A DNA stretch of 61,905 nucleotides, taken from positions 1-61,905 of the forward strand of contig DASWTI010000205.1 of NCBI GenBank assembly GCA_036402215.1, given 5' to 3'. Position 1 is the stretch's first letter. Each line of letters begins with the position of its first letter. Shown here piece by piece: positions 9,555 to 19,251 of the stretch. Under the pieces are notes generated by a model. It did not search any database. It was not told the origin of the DNA and saw only the letters and a program-made list of their open reading frames with translations. The stretch comes from Pseudonocardiaceae bacterium (GTDB taxonomy: Bacteria; Actinomycetota; Actinomycetes; Mycobacteriales; Pseudonocardiaceae). A program made the translations under genes and the position numbers.

Positions 9555-9905
9555 GTGACTGGTATGCTGGATGCACATGTGGATATCGCCGGAGGGGTCG
9601 CCAGGATCGCCGTGCGGGGCGAACTGGACATGGCCACCGTTCGTATTCTCGAAAGCGGGCTGGACGGCGTCTACGCGGCTGATGACGTGACCGATCTCGT
9701 GATCGATCTCAGCGAGGTGTCGTTCATGGGCAGTTGGGGCCTGGCCACTCTGGTCACCGCGGTAGGCAAGTGCGCCGGGCGCAGCATCTTCTTGGCCGTG
9801 TATGCGAGCGAACCGGTGCAGCGGGCGGTGAAGGCTTCCGGTCTGGACGGTCATCTGCCGCTACGAGGTCCACCGGTGAGGCGCAGGGCGGCCCGCAGCG
9901 GGTGA
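9555..9905 (+). CDS. STAS-domain anti-sigma-factor antagonist
   Basis: VARIAVRGELDMATVRILESGL...LVIDLSEVSFMGSWGLATLV is a typical SpoIIAA/RsbV-like STAS sequence. Confidence 0.75.
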   Translation: MTGMLDAHVDIAGGVARIAVRGELDMATVRILESGLDGVYAADDVTDLVIDLSEVSFMGSWGLATLVTAVGKCAGRSIFLAVYASEPVQRAVKASGLDGHLPLRGPPVRRRAARSG

Positions 9906-10228
9906 AAGGTACCGGCAGGTCTCACTGGTGTGAGCGGCCGAGGGCCAGCCTGGCAATGACCGCGCTGGCCGTGTTGCGGCGCGGTCCTTCTCGCTCACAC
10001 CGTAGTTCGACGGGTAGTCCTCGAGTGCCACCAGATGCCGGTGGACGAACTCGCCACCACGACCAACCTGGATCGCCTGGTGCGGACTGTCACGATCCGG
10101 TGGTTGCTGCCGGGTGAGCACGGTGACCTCCATCCCGCCGGTGGCGCGGGTCGGGTGGTGCTCGTGGGTCGATGAGTCCGGTCTCTACTGCCTCGCTGAG
10201 TCCACGGTGTTCGGGCGGGTGGTGACGT

Positions 10229-10714
10229 TCACGGTGGCGGTGTGGCCGGTGGCGTGACGTCAGAGTTGCTGGTGCAGGGGGTCCAGTCCGGGATGTCGCA
10301 GGAGATGACCGCCCACACTGTCTTGCCGCCGTCGGTGGTCGGTCGGGTGCCCCAGTCGTGGGCGAGTTTGTCGACCATGATCAGGCCGCGGCCGCGGTTG
10401 TCGCCGAGGCGGGACCGGCCGATGACGGGCATGTCGGGGGAGCTGTCGTGGACTTCCACCGTCACCCGGCATGGGGTGCGGGTGTGGTGCAGGTGGATGC
10501 CGTAGGGGCCGGTGCCGTGTTCGTAGGCGTTGGTCAGCAACTCGGTGCTGAGCAGTAGCACCATGTGCAGGTGGTCCTCGCCCAGGTCGCCCAGTGCTGC
10601 GGCGGTCCACTGCCGGACGTTCACCAGGACGGGTACCTCGCCGTGGTTCCACCGCATGCGCAGCGGTTCGGGTGGCGGTTCAGGGGTCGGCTCGGGGGGT
10701 GGGGGTGCGGCCAT
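10229..10714 (-). CDS. RsbW/SpoIIAB-like ATP-binding anti-sigma kinase (HATPase_c_2)
   Basis: N-box STELLTNAYEHG and G-box GDNRGRGLIMVDKLAHDWG. ATG at 10714. Confidence 0.7.
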   Translation of the reverse strand: MAAPPPPEPTPEPPPEPLRMRWNHGEVPVLVNVRQWTAAALGDLGEDHLHMVLLLSTELLTNAYEHGTGPYGIHLHHTRTPCRVTVEVHDSSPDMPVIGRSRLGDNRGRGLIMVDKLAHDWGTRPTTDGGKTVWAVISCDIPDWTPCTSNSDVTPPATPPP

Positions 10715-11329
10715 GCGGGTCTGCTTTCGTTCCGTCGGCGCCTGTCTGCTCAAGCGCGCTGACCGGACGGTACGTGACCATCGCTCACCCCGACAGGGGC
10801 CCAGGACCGAGCCGGCCCCGGGCGGTGCCACCCTGGCCCGCGCTGTGCGATCGGCCCCTGCCTGCGGAAACAGGTGGGGCGTTACAGCGTGGCAAGGTGT
10901 GACGCCACCGCAGCAGCTGGAGCGGCGGGACGGCACCCCCGGGGGGAGGTGTCGCAACGCCTTCCTTTCTCTCGCCACCCCAGTTCGGTGGGCACTCCGA
11001 GTGTTAGCAGTTGCCCGGCGGCCAACCGTCGCCATCGGCTACGCAGTTCGACCCGGCGTCGTCGCAACGCGCCGGCCAGCATGATCAGTCCACGAGTGGG
11101 CACCGACGTCCCGGACGGGTAAGACAGCATGTCGAAGCTTCTGGTCAGACACGGTTGATCTGGGCAATCACCCGTCCACCAGGACCTTCACCCACCTCCA
11201 GACACCGACCGGCCCCCTTGACCGACTCCACAACCAGGTTGGCAAAGGTTAGTGGCCAATTTCTCCATCCACCGGCTCGAAGTCGATCCGATGCAGCAAG
11301 TCGCTGGTGAAGGTTCCGCGATTGACTGG

Positions 11330-11475
11330 CGCCCCGGTACGGCAACGACCGGGCCGCGGACTTCCGCTGTGCCCGCGCCAAGCTGTTCGACCCCGATCAC
11401 CCGCCACCGCCGCGTCCTGGTTCTTCCAGGGGCCGGCACAGCGACCATCGACGTCGCCATGCACATCCCCGGAGG
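11330..11475 (+). pseudogene. Multiply frameshifted fragment paralogous to the C-terminus of CDS 49129..49665
   Basis: ARAKLFDP / ..SWFFQGP / GTATIDVAMHIPG is spread over three frames. It matches RCARAELADPITAALAATRVSWFFQGPGAATIDAALHIPD. Confidence 0.45.
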
Positions 11476-11538
11476 CGGCTGCGGAGAGCTACAGGTCTGA
11501 ACCGCCGGCTGCCGCGTCTCCCGATGGTTTCGCTCGGC

Positions 11539-13056
11539 TCAGGCCTGGTTCAGCTGCAGAATGACGGCGTGGGGGGTGTACGGCTCGTCAGGTCCGCCGG
11601 GATGGTCGGAGCGGCCGACAGCGATCAGCGCGGTGCTGTTTGGCACAGCAGTAAGTTCCGACAAGTGGACTCCAGCGGCTCCTGGCGGCATGGGGACCAT
11701 CAGGTGCAGCCAGGTCTCGTGGTCGGCGTCGTATCGGGCGAGTGCCGACGTGTTGGGCGAGCCCTGCAGGACCCAAAGATGCCCTGCCGCGTCCCTTACG
11801 ACGTCGGGCAGGGTCACTGGCGGCAGGCCGTCGAGGACCTGCCATGACTCGGCGTCACCGCGCAGGACCAGGGGAGGGCCGAGGTCGGAGGCAAGTTGGC
11901 ATGTGACGTACAGGTCGTCGGCGGAGCTACCGGTGATCGCGGTAAACACCGATCTCGGCTGGTGGAGGCCGGGTGACACTGTCCTCCATCCGGCTCCGTC
12001 CCAGTGGAACAGCAGCGGTCCGCTGAATCCTGGCCACATGCCGCACCCACAGATCCAGATATCGTCCGCGGCGAAGGCGACGACTCCCTGGAAGCGGCAG
12101 AAGGCAGGTTGATCTGCGAACCAGCGGGCCTGCGCCTCAGGGGGCGGATCGTGCCGGTGCCACCTGTCACCGGTCCACTCGATGATCATGGCTCGCTGGT
12201 CATCGTCGTCGCCCACCAGCAGAAGCCGCTCGTCGATCGCGGCTGCCCCGTACACCTGCTTCACGTTGCGAGGGTTCGACATCGGAAAGTGGAGGTCGGT
12301 CCACTCGCTGCCGTCCCAGTGCAGGATGCGGGTTCGGCCGTCCTCGGGGCTGGAGCCGTGTGACGTGCCCACCACGAAGACGGATGTGGGAGACGATCCG
12401 GCGACGAGGTCCAACCCTCCGCTACGGCCGGGTTCCGTGAGGTCGACTGACCGCCAGGTCGAACCGTCCCAGCGGTCGGCGGCGGGCGCCCAACTGCCAT
12501 TAGGCAGAGAATCGGATCCGACCACCCAGATATCACCAGGGCTCAGGGCAAGGACTGCGCGCCGTACAGATGGTCGATCGGGAGGCCCGGGCCGCATCAT
12601 TTGCCAGGAAGACCGTGCCGGTACCCGTGGCGACCTCCGGCGGTCGGTCGCAGCGGGGTCGGGCCGGGAAGGTTGTGCCTGGTCCGCGGCGCCCTGGTGC
12701 GGGTCGTCGCGGGCCATATCGTCGTCGTGCGGATCCGTCGTCCGGGCCGGCTGCGCGGCGAGCTGCCATAGCGCGTCGACGTGATCGAGTACCCTCTCCT
12801 TGGCCTGCGTGGCCCATCCGGGTTGGGCAGCGACAAGGGCCTCTGCAATGCGGAGTGTCACGTCGGCGGCTGGCAGTCTCGAAGTGGCGAACACTTGGTG
12901 GACGGATGTGTGCGACGGGGCCGTTCCGTGCTGACGTCGGATCGCGGAGCTGATCTGGCGGCTGCTCAGGCCAGCCCGTTCTCGCAGCCGGTGCAGCAGC
13001 TCATTCAGTTCCCGCAGCGGCCCGTCGGGCAGCTCGGGCCTCTTCCAGGTCGCCAC
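11539..13056 (-). CDS. HTH domain - Pro/Asp-rich linker - beta-propeller-like repeat protein
   Basis: The N-terminus (LHRLRERAGLSSRQISSAI) is HTH-like. The C-terminal half has repeated W.G..W motifs (WDGSTWRSV, WDGSEWTDL, WTGDRWHRH, WDGAGWRTV). The start is uncertain; GTG 13056 has AAGGGA upstream. Confidence 0.6.
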   Translation of the reverse strand: MATWKRPELPDGPLRELNELLHRLRERAGLSSRQISSAIRRQHGTAPSHTSVHQVFATSRLPAADVTLRIAEALVAAQPGWATQAKERVLDHVDALWQLAAQPARTTDPHDDDMARDDPHQGAADQAQPSRPDPAATDRRRSPRVPARSSWQMMRPGPPDRPSVRRAVLALSPGDIWVVGSDSLPNGSWAPAADRWDGSTWRSVDLTEPGRSGGLDLVAGSSPTSVFVVGTSHGSSPEDGRTRILHWDGSEWTDLHFPMSNPRNVKQVYGAAAIDERLLLVGDDDDQRAMIIEWTGDRWHRHDPPPEAQARWFADQPAFCRFQGVVAFAADDIWICGCGMWPGFSGPLLFHWDGAGWRTVSPGLHQPRSVFTAITGSSADDLYVTCQLASDLGPPLVLRGDAESWQVLDGLPPVTLPDVVRDAAGHLWVLQGSPNTSALARYDADHETWLHLMVPMPPGAAGVHLSELTAVPNSTALIAVGRSDHPGGPDEPYTPHAVILQLNQA

Positions 13057-13281
13057 AACGGATCCCTTCACCGATAGGCAGCAGTGCCGAGGTGCCAGCT
13101 CATGGAACCAGTGGTGTGGGGGCGCGCCAAGGGCCGATGAGGTTCCCTGATCGCATGACCGCCGTTCCCCGCCGTTCTCGACCGGGCGGTCGCCTGAATA
13201 GGCTGCGATCGGCGCATGCACTGCATCTGCGCAAGCGAGTGGTCCCGACGCCGGGCGCCGGGACCACTTGGGTCGGGACGG

Positions 13282-13623
13282 TCAGACGAGTTGGGTGTAG
13301 ACGTAGGCCGTCGAGCCGGGACCGGACCAGCTGAAGTACTTCGTCGTGCCGGCGGGGCAGGCGCGGTCGCTGTAGTACCAGGAACCGTTGATCAGAGCCT
13401 TGACCTGCGCGCACTTGCCGTCCGCGCGGGTGTCCTTCACCCGGCCGTTGACGTAGATCCGGCCTCCGCTGCAGGTGAGCGTGTAGTGCGACTCCCCACC
13501 CGGGATGTAGACGTCCCGGGAGTTGTTGCAGGTGTCCGCCGAGGCCGACGGGGCCATGGCCACCAAGGCCAGTGTGGCCGTCCCAGCGGCGCTGGCCAAC
13601 GCGGCGGAAATTCGTCGCAGCAT
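13282..13623 (-). CDS. Secreted Cys-rich small protein
   Basis: Signal peptide MLRRISAALASAAGTATLALVAMAPSASA followed by D. Six Cys in the mature part. Confidence 0.6.
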   Translation of the reverse strand: MLRRISAALASAAGTATLALVAMAPSASADTCNNSRDVYIPGGESHYTLTCSGGRIYVNGRVKDTRADGKCAQVKALINGSWYYSDRACPAGTTKYFSWSGPGSTAYVYTQLV

Positions 13624-14047
13624 GTCATTCCTCTCGTCACAATCGGTCGACCGATGTGATTCCGGCCGGAGCGCCTCGATTGGCGCCACGACGAACAGTG
13701 CCGCACAGCCATTTTGATTTGAACGCCACGTGACACCCGCTGACACGCGCTTACAGGATTGCACCGGTTGGAGTACTGGCGGCCCACGCCGCTTACAGGG
13801 CTGTGGTCCATACAGTTGTGTCTTCGCGCAACCAGGCAGCTCCGACGGTCACTCTGGTGGATAGGGCGTGTAACCTTCGGCCGCTGAGCGTCGATGATGG
13901 GTCGACGTCGGTCGGGGCAACGGGACGTGGTGTGATGGGTGATGTTGCCTGGTGTGCAGGCACGGCCGAGTGACAGAAGCTGCCATCATGGCCGTGTTTC
14001 AAGCGCAACTTCGCGATGAAGGGCCAATGAGCCCTTCCCAACCTGGC

Positions 14048-14254
14048 TTAGCTGGTGAGGATCAGCGTTTGAACGGCGTGGATGAAGGTGACGGCCTGGC
14101 TGGGGCTGGAGCGGATCTTGCGGAGGATCTTCCAGTTCTTCAGTGTTGCGTTGGCTCGTTCGCCGGGTCCGCGACGGCGGGCGTGGGCGGTGTTGACGTT
14201 CTTCTGGCCTCGGGACAACGGCCGGCAGCGGCGCCGGGCCGGTGCAGGAACCAT
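14048..14254 (-). mobile_element. C-terminal fragment of an IS5-like (DDE_Tnp_4-type) transposase
   Basis: LSRGQKNVNTAHARRRGPGERANATLKNWKILRKIRSSP is the conserved transposase tail. No N-terminal part and no ends identified. Confidence 0.55.
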
Positions 14255-15165
14255 GCCTTCGCGGCCCGGCTGACGATGTCCACCATTGCTGGTTCCGGGA
14301 GACCGCGAAAGGCAAGCTCACGGGCCAGCTCCGCCCGTAGGAACGCGCTCCGATCGTGTTTGGCGTGGCGTTGGGTGGTGAACGGGGTCACGGACTCCCA
14401 GGCGACGGCCGGGCCGGTGAGTTCGGGCATGATCTGCTCGACGGCTCCGGTGGCGGTGACACGCACGTCGAGGCGCAGCGCCGACCCGGCCAGGACGCGC
14501 ACGGACAGCAACGCGGCTCGCTCGTCCTCGGGCAGGCCGTCGGGGGTCCAGACGACGAGCCCTGTCACTCGCCCGCCGGTGATGAGCGGCAGGAAGTGGG
14601 AGTGCCGGTGCTGCGCGGCGCTGGGACTGCCGCCGGTCGCGTCCCCGCTGCGCCCGCCGAGCCGGGTGAACGGACGGTCACCCGGCGTACGCCCCAGACG
14701 GGACAACGCGGCCTGCCGCAGCAGGTCGGTCACGACCACCGCGTCCGTCGCGGGCGGGGACTGGCCCGACAGGGCGAAGCGCACGGCCTCGGAGCAACCC
14801 GACAGCGACGAGGACGCCGGGGCACCCGGGGTCCGCCCACCGGCCGGGCGGCCTCCTGTGTCGGACAGCGGCCGGAGCGGTTCGCCGCGGCGAACGAGTT
14901 CGTACCCGACGAGCCGCGTGCCGACCGGCAACACCGACCTACCGCCGGCCGGTCCCGCGCCGCCGGCCAACGCCTCGAAACGCAACGGCAGCACCGGCGC
15001 CAGCACCGCGGTGGCCGTACCCCGCACGGCGTCCGCGGCGTCCAGCGGCACCCACCGGTCGTGCGCACCCGGCGCCCACGCAGGATCCACCCGAGCCGCA
15101 CAGCCGGCCCGCGCCCTCCCCGCGTACGGCAAGGACTCAGCCAGCCGCCGCAACACCTGCGATCG
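14255..15165 (-). pseudogene. Type I-G (I-U) CRISPR-associated Csb2 (Cas5/6 fusion) fragment, lacking its N-terminus
   Basis: QHRHSHFLPLITGGRVTGLVVWTPDGLPEDERAAL and WESVTPFTTQRHAKH..FLRAELARELAFRGLPEP resemble Csb2 C-terminal motifs. The frame runs straight into the IS5-like fragment. Confidence 0.55.
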
Positions 15166-15640
15166 GTGATTGCCACGTTCAACCGGCCGAACGATCAAGT
15201 GCTGCAGGGCGACCTGCGCGACCACCTGCCCGCCATCCTGAACAGTGCGTCCGACGCGGCGCTCTTCGCCTTCCTCGATCCCTTCGGGACAGCGTTGGAC
15301 CGGTCCCAGCTGGTGGATGAGTTGCTCGGTCGCCAGAGCGTGGGGCCGGTGGAGGTGCTCCTGCACATCAGCGTGAGCACCGTCGCTCGGCTCGGCGGCC
15401 TACTGCGCAGCCGACGCCTGGACGGGATCGAGCTCAGCGAGGCCGACTGCAAGACGATCGATCACGTGAACCGCTTCCTCGGCGGTGACTGGTGGCAGGC
15501 GCACTTCGAGCCGGTCCGGGACAGCGAGGATCAGGAGCGCGCGACCGACGCCGCATTGCGGGTGGCTGCGGAGTACATGGACGGCGTCTGTCAGGAGACG
15601 GGCTACCAGGCGGTGCGGATGCCGATCCGGGCCAAGCCGA
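15166..15640 (+). pseudogene. TcmP (three-Cys-motif partner protein)-like fragment
   Basis: LQGDLRDHLPAIL...ALFAFLDPFGTALDRSQL...VEVLLHISVSTVARL resembles the TcmP core. The N-terminus and C-terminus are absent. Confidence 0.45.
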
Positions 15641-15646
15641 CGCCGC

Positions 15647-15844
15647 AGGGTGCAACGTCACGCCGAACCCCGGACCGGACGTCCGTGGGTCACCATCGCG
15701 CTGGTACTTCGTCGACCCCATGTTCTTCAACCGGCCGGCCAGCACCAGGGCGTAGCAGTTGTCGCAGCCCGCAGACACGCGATCGCAGCCGGTCGTCGGG
15801 TTCCACGTCGACTCGGTCCACTCGATCGGTGATCTGTCCGCCAT
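15647..15844 (-). pseudogene. DUF5131 (phage Gp37/Gp68 family, three-Cys motif) N-terminal fragment
   Basis: [39 protein letters not shown] is the hallmark N-terminus. Similarity stops after about 65 aa, where it collides with the TcmP fragment. Confidence 0.6.
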
Positions 15845-16102
15845 CAGCCCATCCTCTCTCGCTGAAGGAAACAGCGCCGCACCAAGGTCGAACCCGACGC
15901 TCCCACCATCGGACCAACCAGCCCGGCAGCGACTCACCCACCGGACAACCCTCGTGGAAGACTTCAGGCGGCCAGGCCTGCTGACCTTGTGTGTCGCTGA
16001 CCTGGAACACACCGGCTCAGCGGCGGCGTGCGGCCAGCGCCGACGAAGAACCAGCTCGTGTCGTCCCGGCCATGTCGGTCCCACGGCGGTCCAAAGCTGG
16101 CC

Positions 16103-17413
16103 TCATAAATCCTGGGCCAGGGCAATCACACGCTCCAAGACGCGGCCGATGGTACGGATCCGCTCCGCAGTGTCGATGGCGTGTCGATGGGCGATGCCGT
16201 AGCTGATTTGTAGGACGACGCGACCGACGCCGATCGCCATCTCTGGGGTGCCGTCCGAAGGGGTCAGGTGGATGGCGTCGGCATCTTCGACGGGGACTGT
16301 GGTGTGGTCCGGGTGATAGCCGCGGAGGAACGCCAGTTGAGCCTGGGCGACGGCCGGGGCTTCATAAGTCGTGGCGTCGAGCTGAACCCAGGAGTGGGCG
16401 GTTTGGTTGCGGGGGTCGGTGGGCTCGGTCGTCTCTGTCCCCTGGGCGTGCCTGGTGCAGGAGGTGCGGAGGTAGTTGCGCGGGCCGCCGGGGAGGAGGT
16501 CGCCGTAGTCGATGCGGCCGACGGCGGCTGCAGCGGTCTCCTCGGCCAGGGCGATGGGGTCAACGCCGAGGATCTGGCGGACGACGGTCGCGTCGAGGAG
16601 GTCACAGGCGGTGAGGTGGTCGCCGGTGAAGGTGGGGCTGTCGTACTGCCATCGGGGTGGGCCGACCGGGTTGGCGAGCTGGGTGGGGATGCGGGCGGCG
16701 ACGAGGTCAACGATCGTCTTGGTGAAGGTCGGGTCGGGGTGGCGGATGACGAGTTCGGCGAGGGCCTGGGGGTGGATGAGGGCCCAGGTGGTGGTGTCCG
16801 GGTTGGGGTTGCGGCGTTGGTGGACGGCGACCGGGCCGATCGCCACCGGCGTGGTGCCGGTGGTGAGGGTGGTGGTGGCGGTGCGGATGCCGTTGGGGTT
16901 GGCGTAGGTGGGTTGGTGGACGGCGAGGTCGATGGAGCCGGTGCCGCCGCCGATGGTGAGGGTGTAGTGGCAGTGGGGTCCGTTGTTGGGGAGGTCGTAG
17001 CGGCTGCCGGTGTCGACGCCGGTGAGGTCGTCGGTCGTGGTGTCGAAGACGCGGCGGTGGAGGCCGTCGGTGGGGTTGGCGGTGAGGTAGCCGCCGGCGG
17101 TGCGGATGTCCTGGGCGGTGAGCAGGGCGCAGGGTTGCAGGACCGGTTGTCCGTTGATGAGGACGGGCGGACCGGCGGGTCCGGTAATGACGGCGGCCGG
17201 GTCGCCGACAGCGTCGGACAACGGGCCGTGGCCGGGGCGTTGGGTCGTGACGATGTCCGGTGGGCCGGTCGTGGTGGCGGGGGCGGCGCTGGCGTGGACG
17301 GCGTCCGCGACCGGCAGTGGGTCGGGTGTGGTGGTGCAGGCGATGACGGAGGCGCCGACGGCGAGGACGGCGAGTGGCAGTGGCCACGGGATGTGGCCGT
17401 AGCGGATGCGCAT
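16103..17413 (-). CDS. Lipoprotein with two DUF3558-like modules
   Basis: Lipobox LAVGASVIAC. Repeated C-x-LL motifs (PCALLTAQDI, ACDLLDATVV). Confidence 0.65.
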   Translation of the reverse strand: MRIRYGHIPWPLPLAVLAVGASVIACTTTPDPLPVADAVHASAAPATTTGPPDIVTTQRPGHGPLSDAVGDPAAVITGPAGPPVLINGQPVLQPCALLTAQDIRTAGGYLTANPTDGLHRRVFDTTTDDLTGVDTGSRYDLPNNGPHCHYTLTIGGGTGSIDLAVHQPTYANPNGIRTATTTLTTGTTPVAIGPVAVHQRRNPNPDTTTWALIHPQALAELVIRHPDPTFTKTIVDLVAARIPTQLANPVGPPRWQYDSPTFTGDHLTACDLLDATVVRQILGVDPIALAEETAAAAVGRIDYGDLLPGGPRNYLRTSCTRHAQGTETTEPTDPRNQTAHSWVQLDATTYEAPAVAQAQLAFLRGYHPDHTTVPVEDADAIHLTPSDGTPEMAIGVGRVVLQISYGIAHRHAIDTAERIRTIGRVLERVIALAQDL

Positions 17414-17434
17414 GGTGGGTCCCCCCGGGTTGGT

Positions 17435-18517
17435 TCAGGTGTAGGCGTCGAGCCGGTCGGCGATGGTGGCGGCGATGGTCGTGAGCCGGCCGGTGTCGGT
17501 GGGCGGTGGTGTGGCGTGGAGTTCGACGACGATGGGGCCGCGGCGCAGGAGCAGGACGTGCGGCCGGTCCGGGAGGTCGACGAGGAGGGCTTCGTCGCCG
17601 ACGTCGGGGATCGGGGTGGCGGGGCGGTGGTGTTCCAGGTGCTGGTGTGCGGCGTCGACGTGTGGGTGGGTCAGGGTGCGCACGTCGAGGGTGGGTTGCT
17701 CGCGTGGGCTGAGGTCGGGTCGGGTGCCGTGGCGGCGGCAGCCGCCCTCCAGGGCCCGAGCCACTCCGAAGTGTTCGGTGGCGGTGGGTGCGGAGTCCTC
17801 GGCGTGGGCGGTGCGGAACTCGTCGTTGCCGAGCAGCTCGCACGGCCCCACCGCGGTGTGGGTCAGCGGAGGTGGGCCGGCCGGGGCGCGGACCTGGTCG
17901 ACCAGTCGGCGGGCGACGACGGCCAGCAGCGCCTCCCGGATGGCCGGGTCGGCGCCGTGGATCTGGAGGTCGACGAGGACGTCCTGGTGCAGCAGGACCC
18001 ACTCCCCTGCTGTCGGGTCGGTGGTTCGCCGGGTGGCGGTGTCGACGCCGGCGTGGATGGGGCCGGGGTCGAGGCCGCGGCGGTGGGCGTCGATCGCCGC
18101 CTGCTCCACGTAGGTGGGCTGGGCGACCTCGATGGCGGCCAGGGGCGGTTCGCCGGGGCCGGCAGTGAAGCGGCAGGTGTTCAGCCCGGCCGGCAGGGCC
18201 CGCGCCAGGCGGAGGGGTGGGCCGATGTGGCCGTCGAGCACGGCGCGTTCGACGGCCACCGGTGGGTGGATGCCGGCAGTGTGCAGGTCGGTGGGTGAGA
18301 GCAGGTTGCAGGCCTGGATCACCGGTGCGCCGGCCAGCACGACGCCCGGTCCGGGTGCGCCGAAGTCGATCCGCAGGCCGTCCGTGGCCGGTGGACCGGT
18401 CGTGCAGCCGGTCACGGTGGCCGCGGCAACGGCGAGGCGCAGCCATTCGACACCGCGGTGATGGGTTTTCTTGCGACCGCCCGTGGTGCGGGTGTGACTG
18501 AGCAGAGTTGTTCTCAT
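17435..18517 (-). CDS. Lipoprotein, paralog of 16103..17413
   Basis: Lipobox AAATVTGC. Motifs ACNLLSPTDL and PCELLGNDEF. ATG at 18517. Confidence 0.65.
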   Translation of the reverse strand: MRTTLLSHTRTTGGRKKTHHRGVEWLRLAVAAATVTGCTTGPPATDGLRIDFGAPGPGVVLAGAPVIQACNLLSPTDLHTAGIHPPVAVERAVLDGHIGPPLRLARALPAGLNTCRFTAGPGEPPLAAIEVAQPTYVEQAAIDAHRRGLDPGPIHAGVDTATRRTTDPTAGEWVLLHQDVLVDLQIHGADPAIREALLAVVARRLVDQVRAPAGPPPLTHTAVGPCELLGNDEFRTAHAEDSAPTATEHFGVARALEGGCRRHGTRPDLSPREQPTLDVRTLTHPHVDAAHQHLEHHRPATPIPDVGDEALLVDLPDRPHVLLLRRGPIVVELHATPPPTDTGRLTTIAATIADRLDAYT

Positions 18518-18738
18518 CACGTGTCCCCCAGAACGTGACCGTGGCCCGACTCGGTGTTGTCGCGAGCTCGGGCGTTTCCCCCTGACCACCACTCATACAC
18601 GATGCCGTCGCGTGCTTGCGGCTGTGGAGAATGCTGCGACCAATGCGACGACGACGGGATGTAGGGTGGTGTCGGAAGGGCCGCTCATCACGCCGCCCGA
18701 CGATTCCCAACAACGCTGACAGCGGAAGGTGTGCTCCC

Positions 18739-19086
18739 ATGGCACAACAGGTCATTGTCCGGATGGTCGACGACCTCGACGGCACCAGCTCGGACACCGT
18801 CGAGACCGTCGAGTTCGGGCTGGACGGCCGCACGTACGAGATCGACCTGCACGAGGGCAACAGCAGTGAGCTGCGGCAACTGCTCTCCCGTTACGCCACG
18901 AAGGCCCGCCGGGTCGGTGGCCGCGCCCGCCGCGGCAGCGCCCCGGCGTCGACGTCGCGGGGTGGTCGCAGCCGCGCGGAGACCGAGGCGATTCGTGAGT
19001 GGGCGAGGGCGAACGGGCACGAGGTCGCCGACCGTGGACGCATTCCCGGGCGGGTCATCGACGCCTACTCGGCCGCCCACAACTGA
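18739..19086 (+). CDS. lsr2: Lsr2 nucleoid-associated xenogeneic silencer
   Basis: [32 protein letters not shown] gives the N-terminal dimerisation domain. The C-terminus reads [26 protein letters not shown]. Confidence 0.85.
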   Translation: MAQQVIVRMVDDLDGTSSDTVETVEFGLDGRTYEIDLHEGNSSELRQLLSRYATKARRVGGRARRGSAPASTSRGGRSRAETEAIREWARANGHEVADRGRIPGRVIDAYSAAHN

Positions 19087-19095
19087 CCCATCCTC

Positions 19096-19139
19096 CGGCG
19101 GCCCGGATCCCACTCCTCGGAGACGGATTCGGGCCGCCG
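19096..19139 (+). terminator. Imperfect GC-rich hairpin after lsr2
   Basis: Arms ccggcggcccgga and ttcgggccgccg pair at 11 of 12 positions. No T-tract. Confidence 0.3.
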
Positions 19140-19251
19140 TCGCATGTCCATCCGCGTTCCCGGCAATGCACCGGTCGGATGCGTTGTGCGGCAAAATCGG
19201 GTTCACTGGCCACCGGCGGATCCGGGGGGAACCGCCGAATCTGGGGGGATC

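Noticed and set aside
9861-10133. ORF 9861..10133 (-, 90 aa) between the STAS and RsbW-like genes.
   Set aside because: No recognisable family and no convincing RBS. It may be a remnant, and the evidence is insufficient for a call.
14356-15984. A 542-aa plus-strand ORF and the 408-aa minus-strand ORF 14140..15366, which could be taken as intact genes.
   Set aside because: Each is a read-through chimera. Only sub-segments resemble known families (TcmP core at 15166-15640; Csb2 at 14255-15165). The rest is antisense to the neighbouring fragment.
16268-18860. The longest ORFs in the window: 16268..18298 (+, 676 aa, Gly/Val/Asp-rich) and 16707..18860 (-, 717 aa, Arg/Pro/His-rich).
   Set aside because: Their translations are low-complexity. 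They are antisense or out of frame relative to lipoprotein genes that have clear lipoboxes and repeated motifs. This is typical open-frame noise in very GC-rich DNA.
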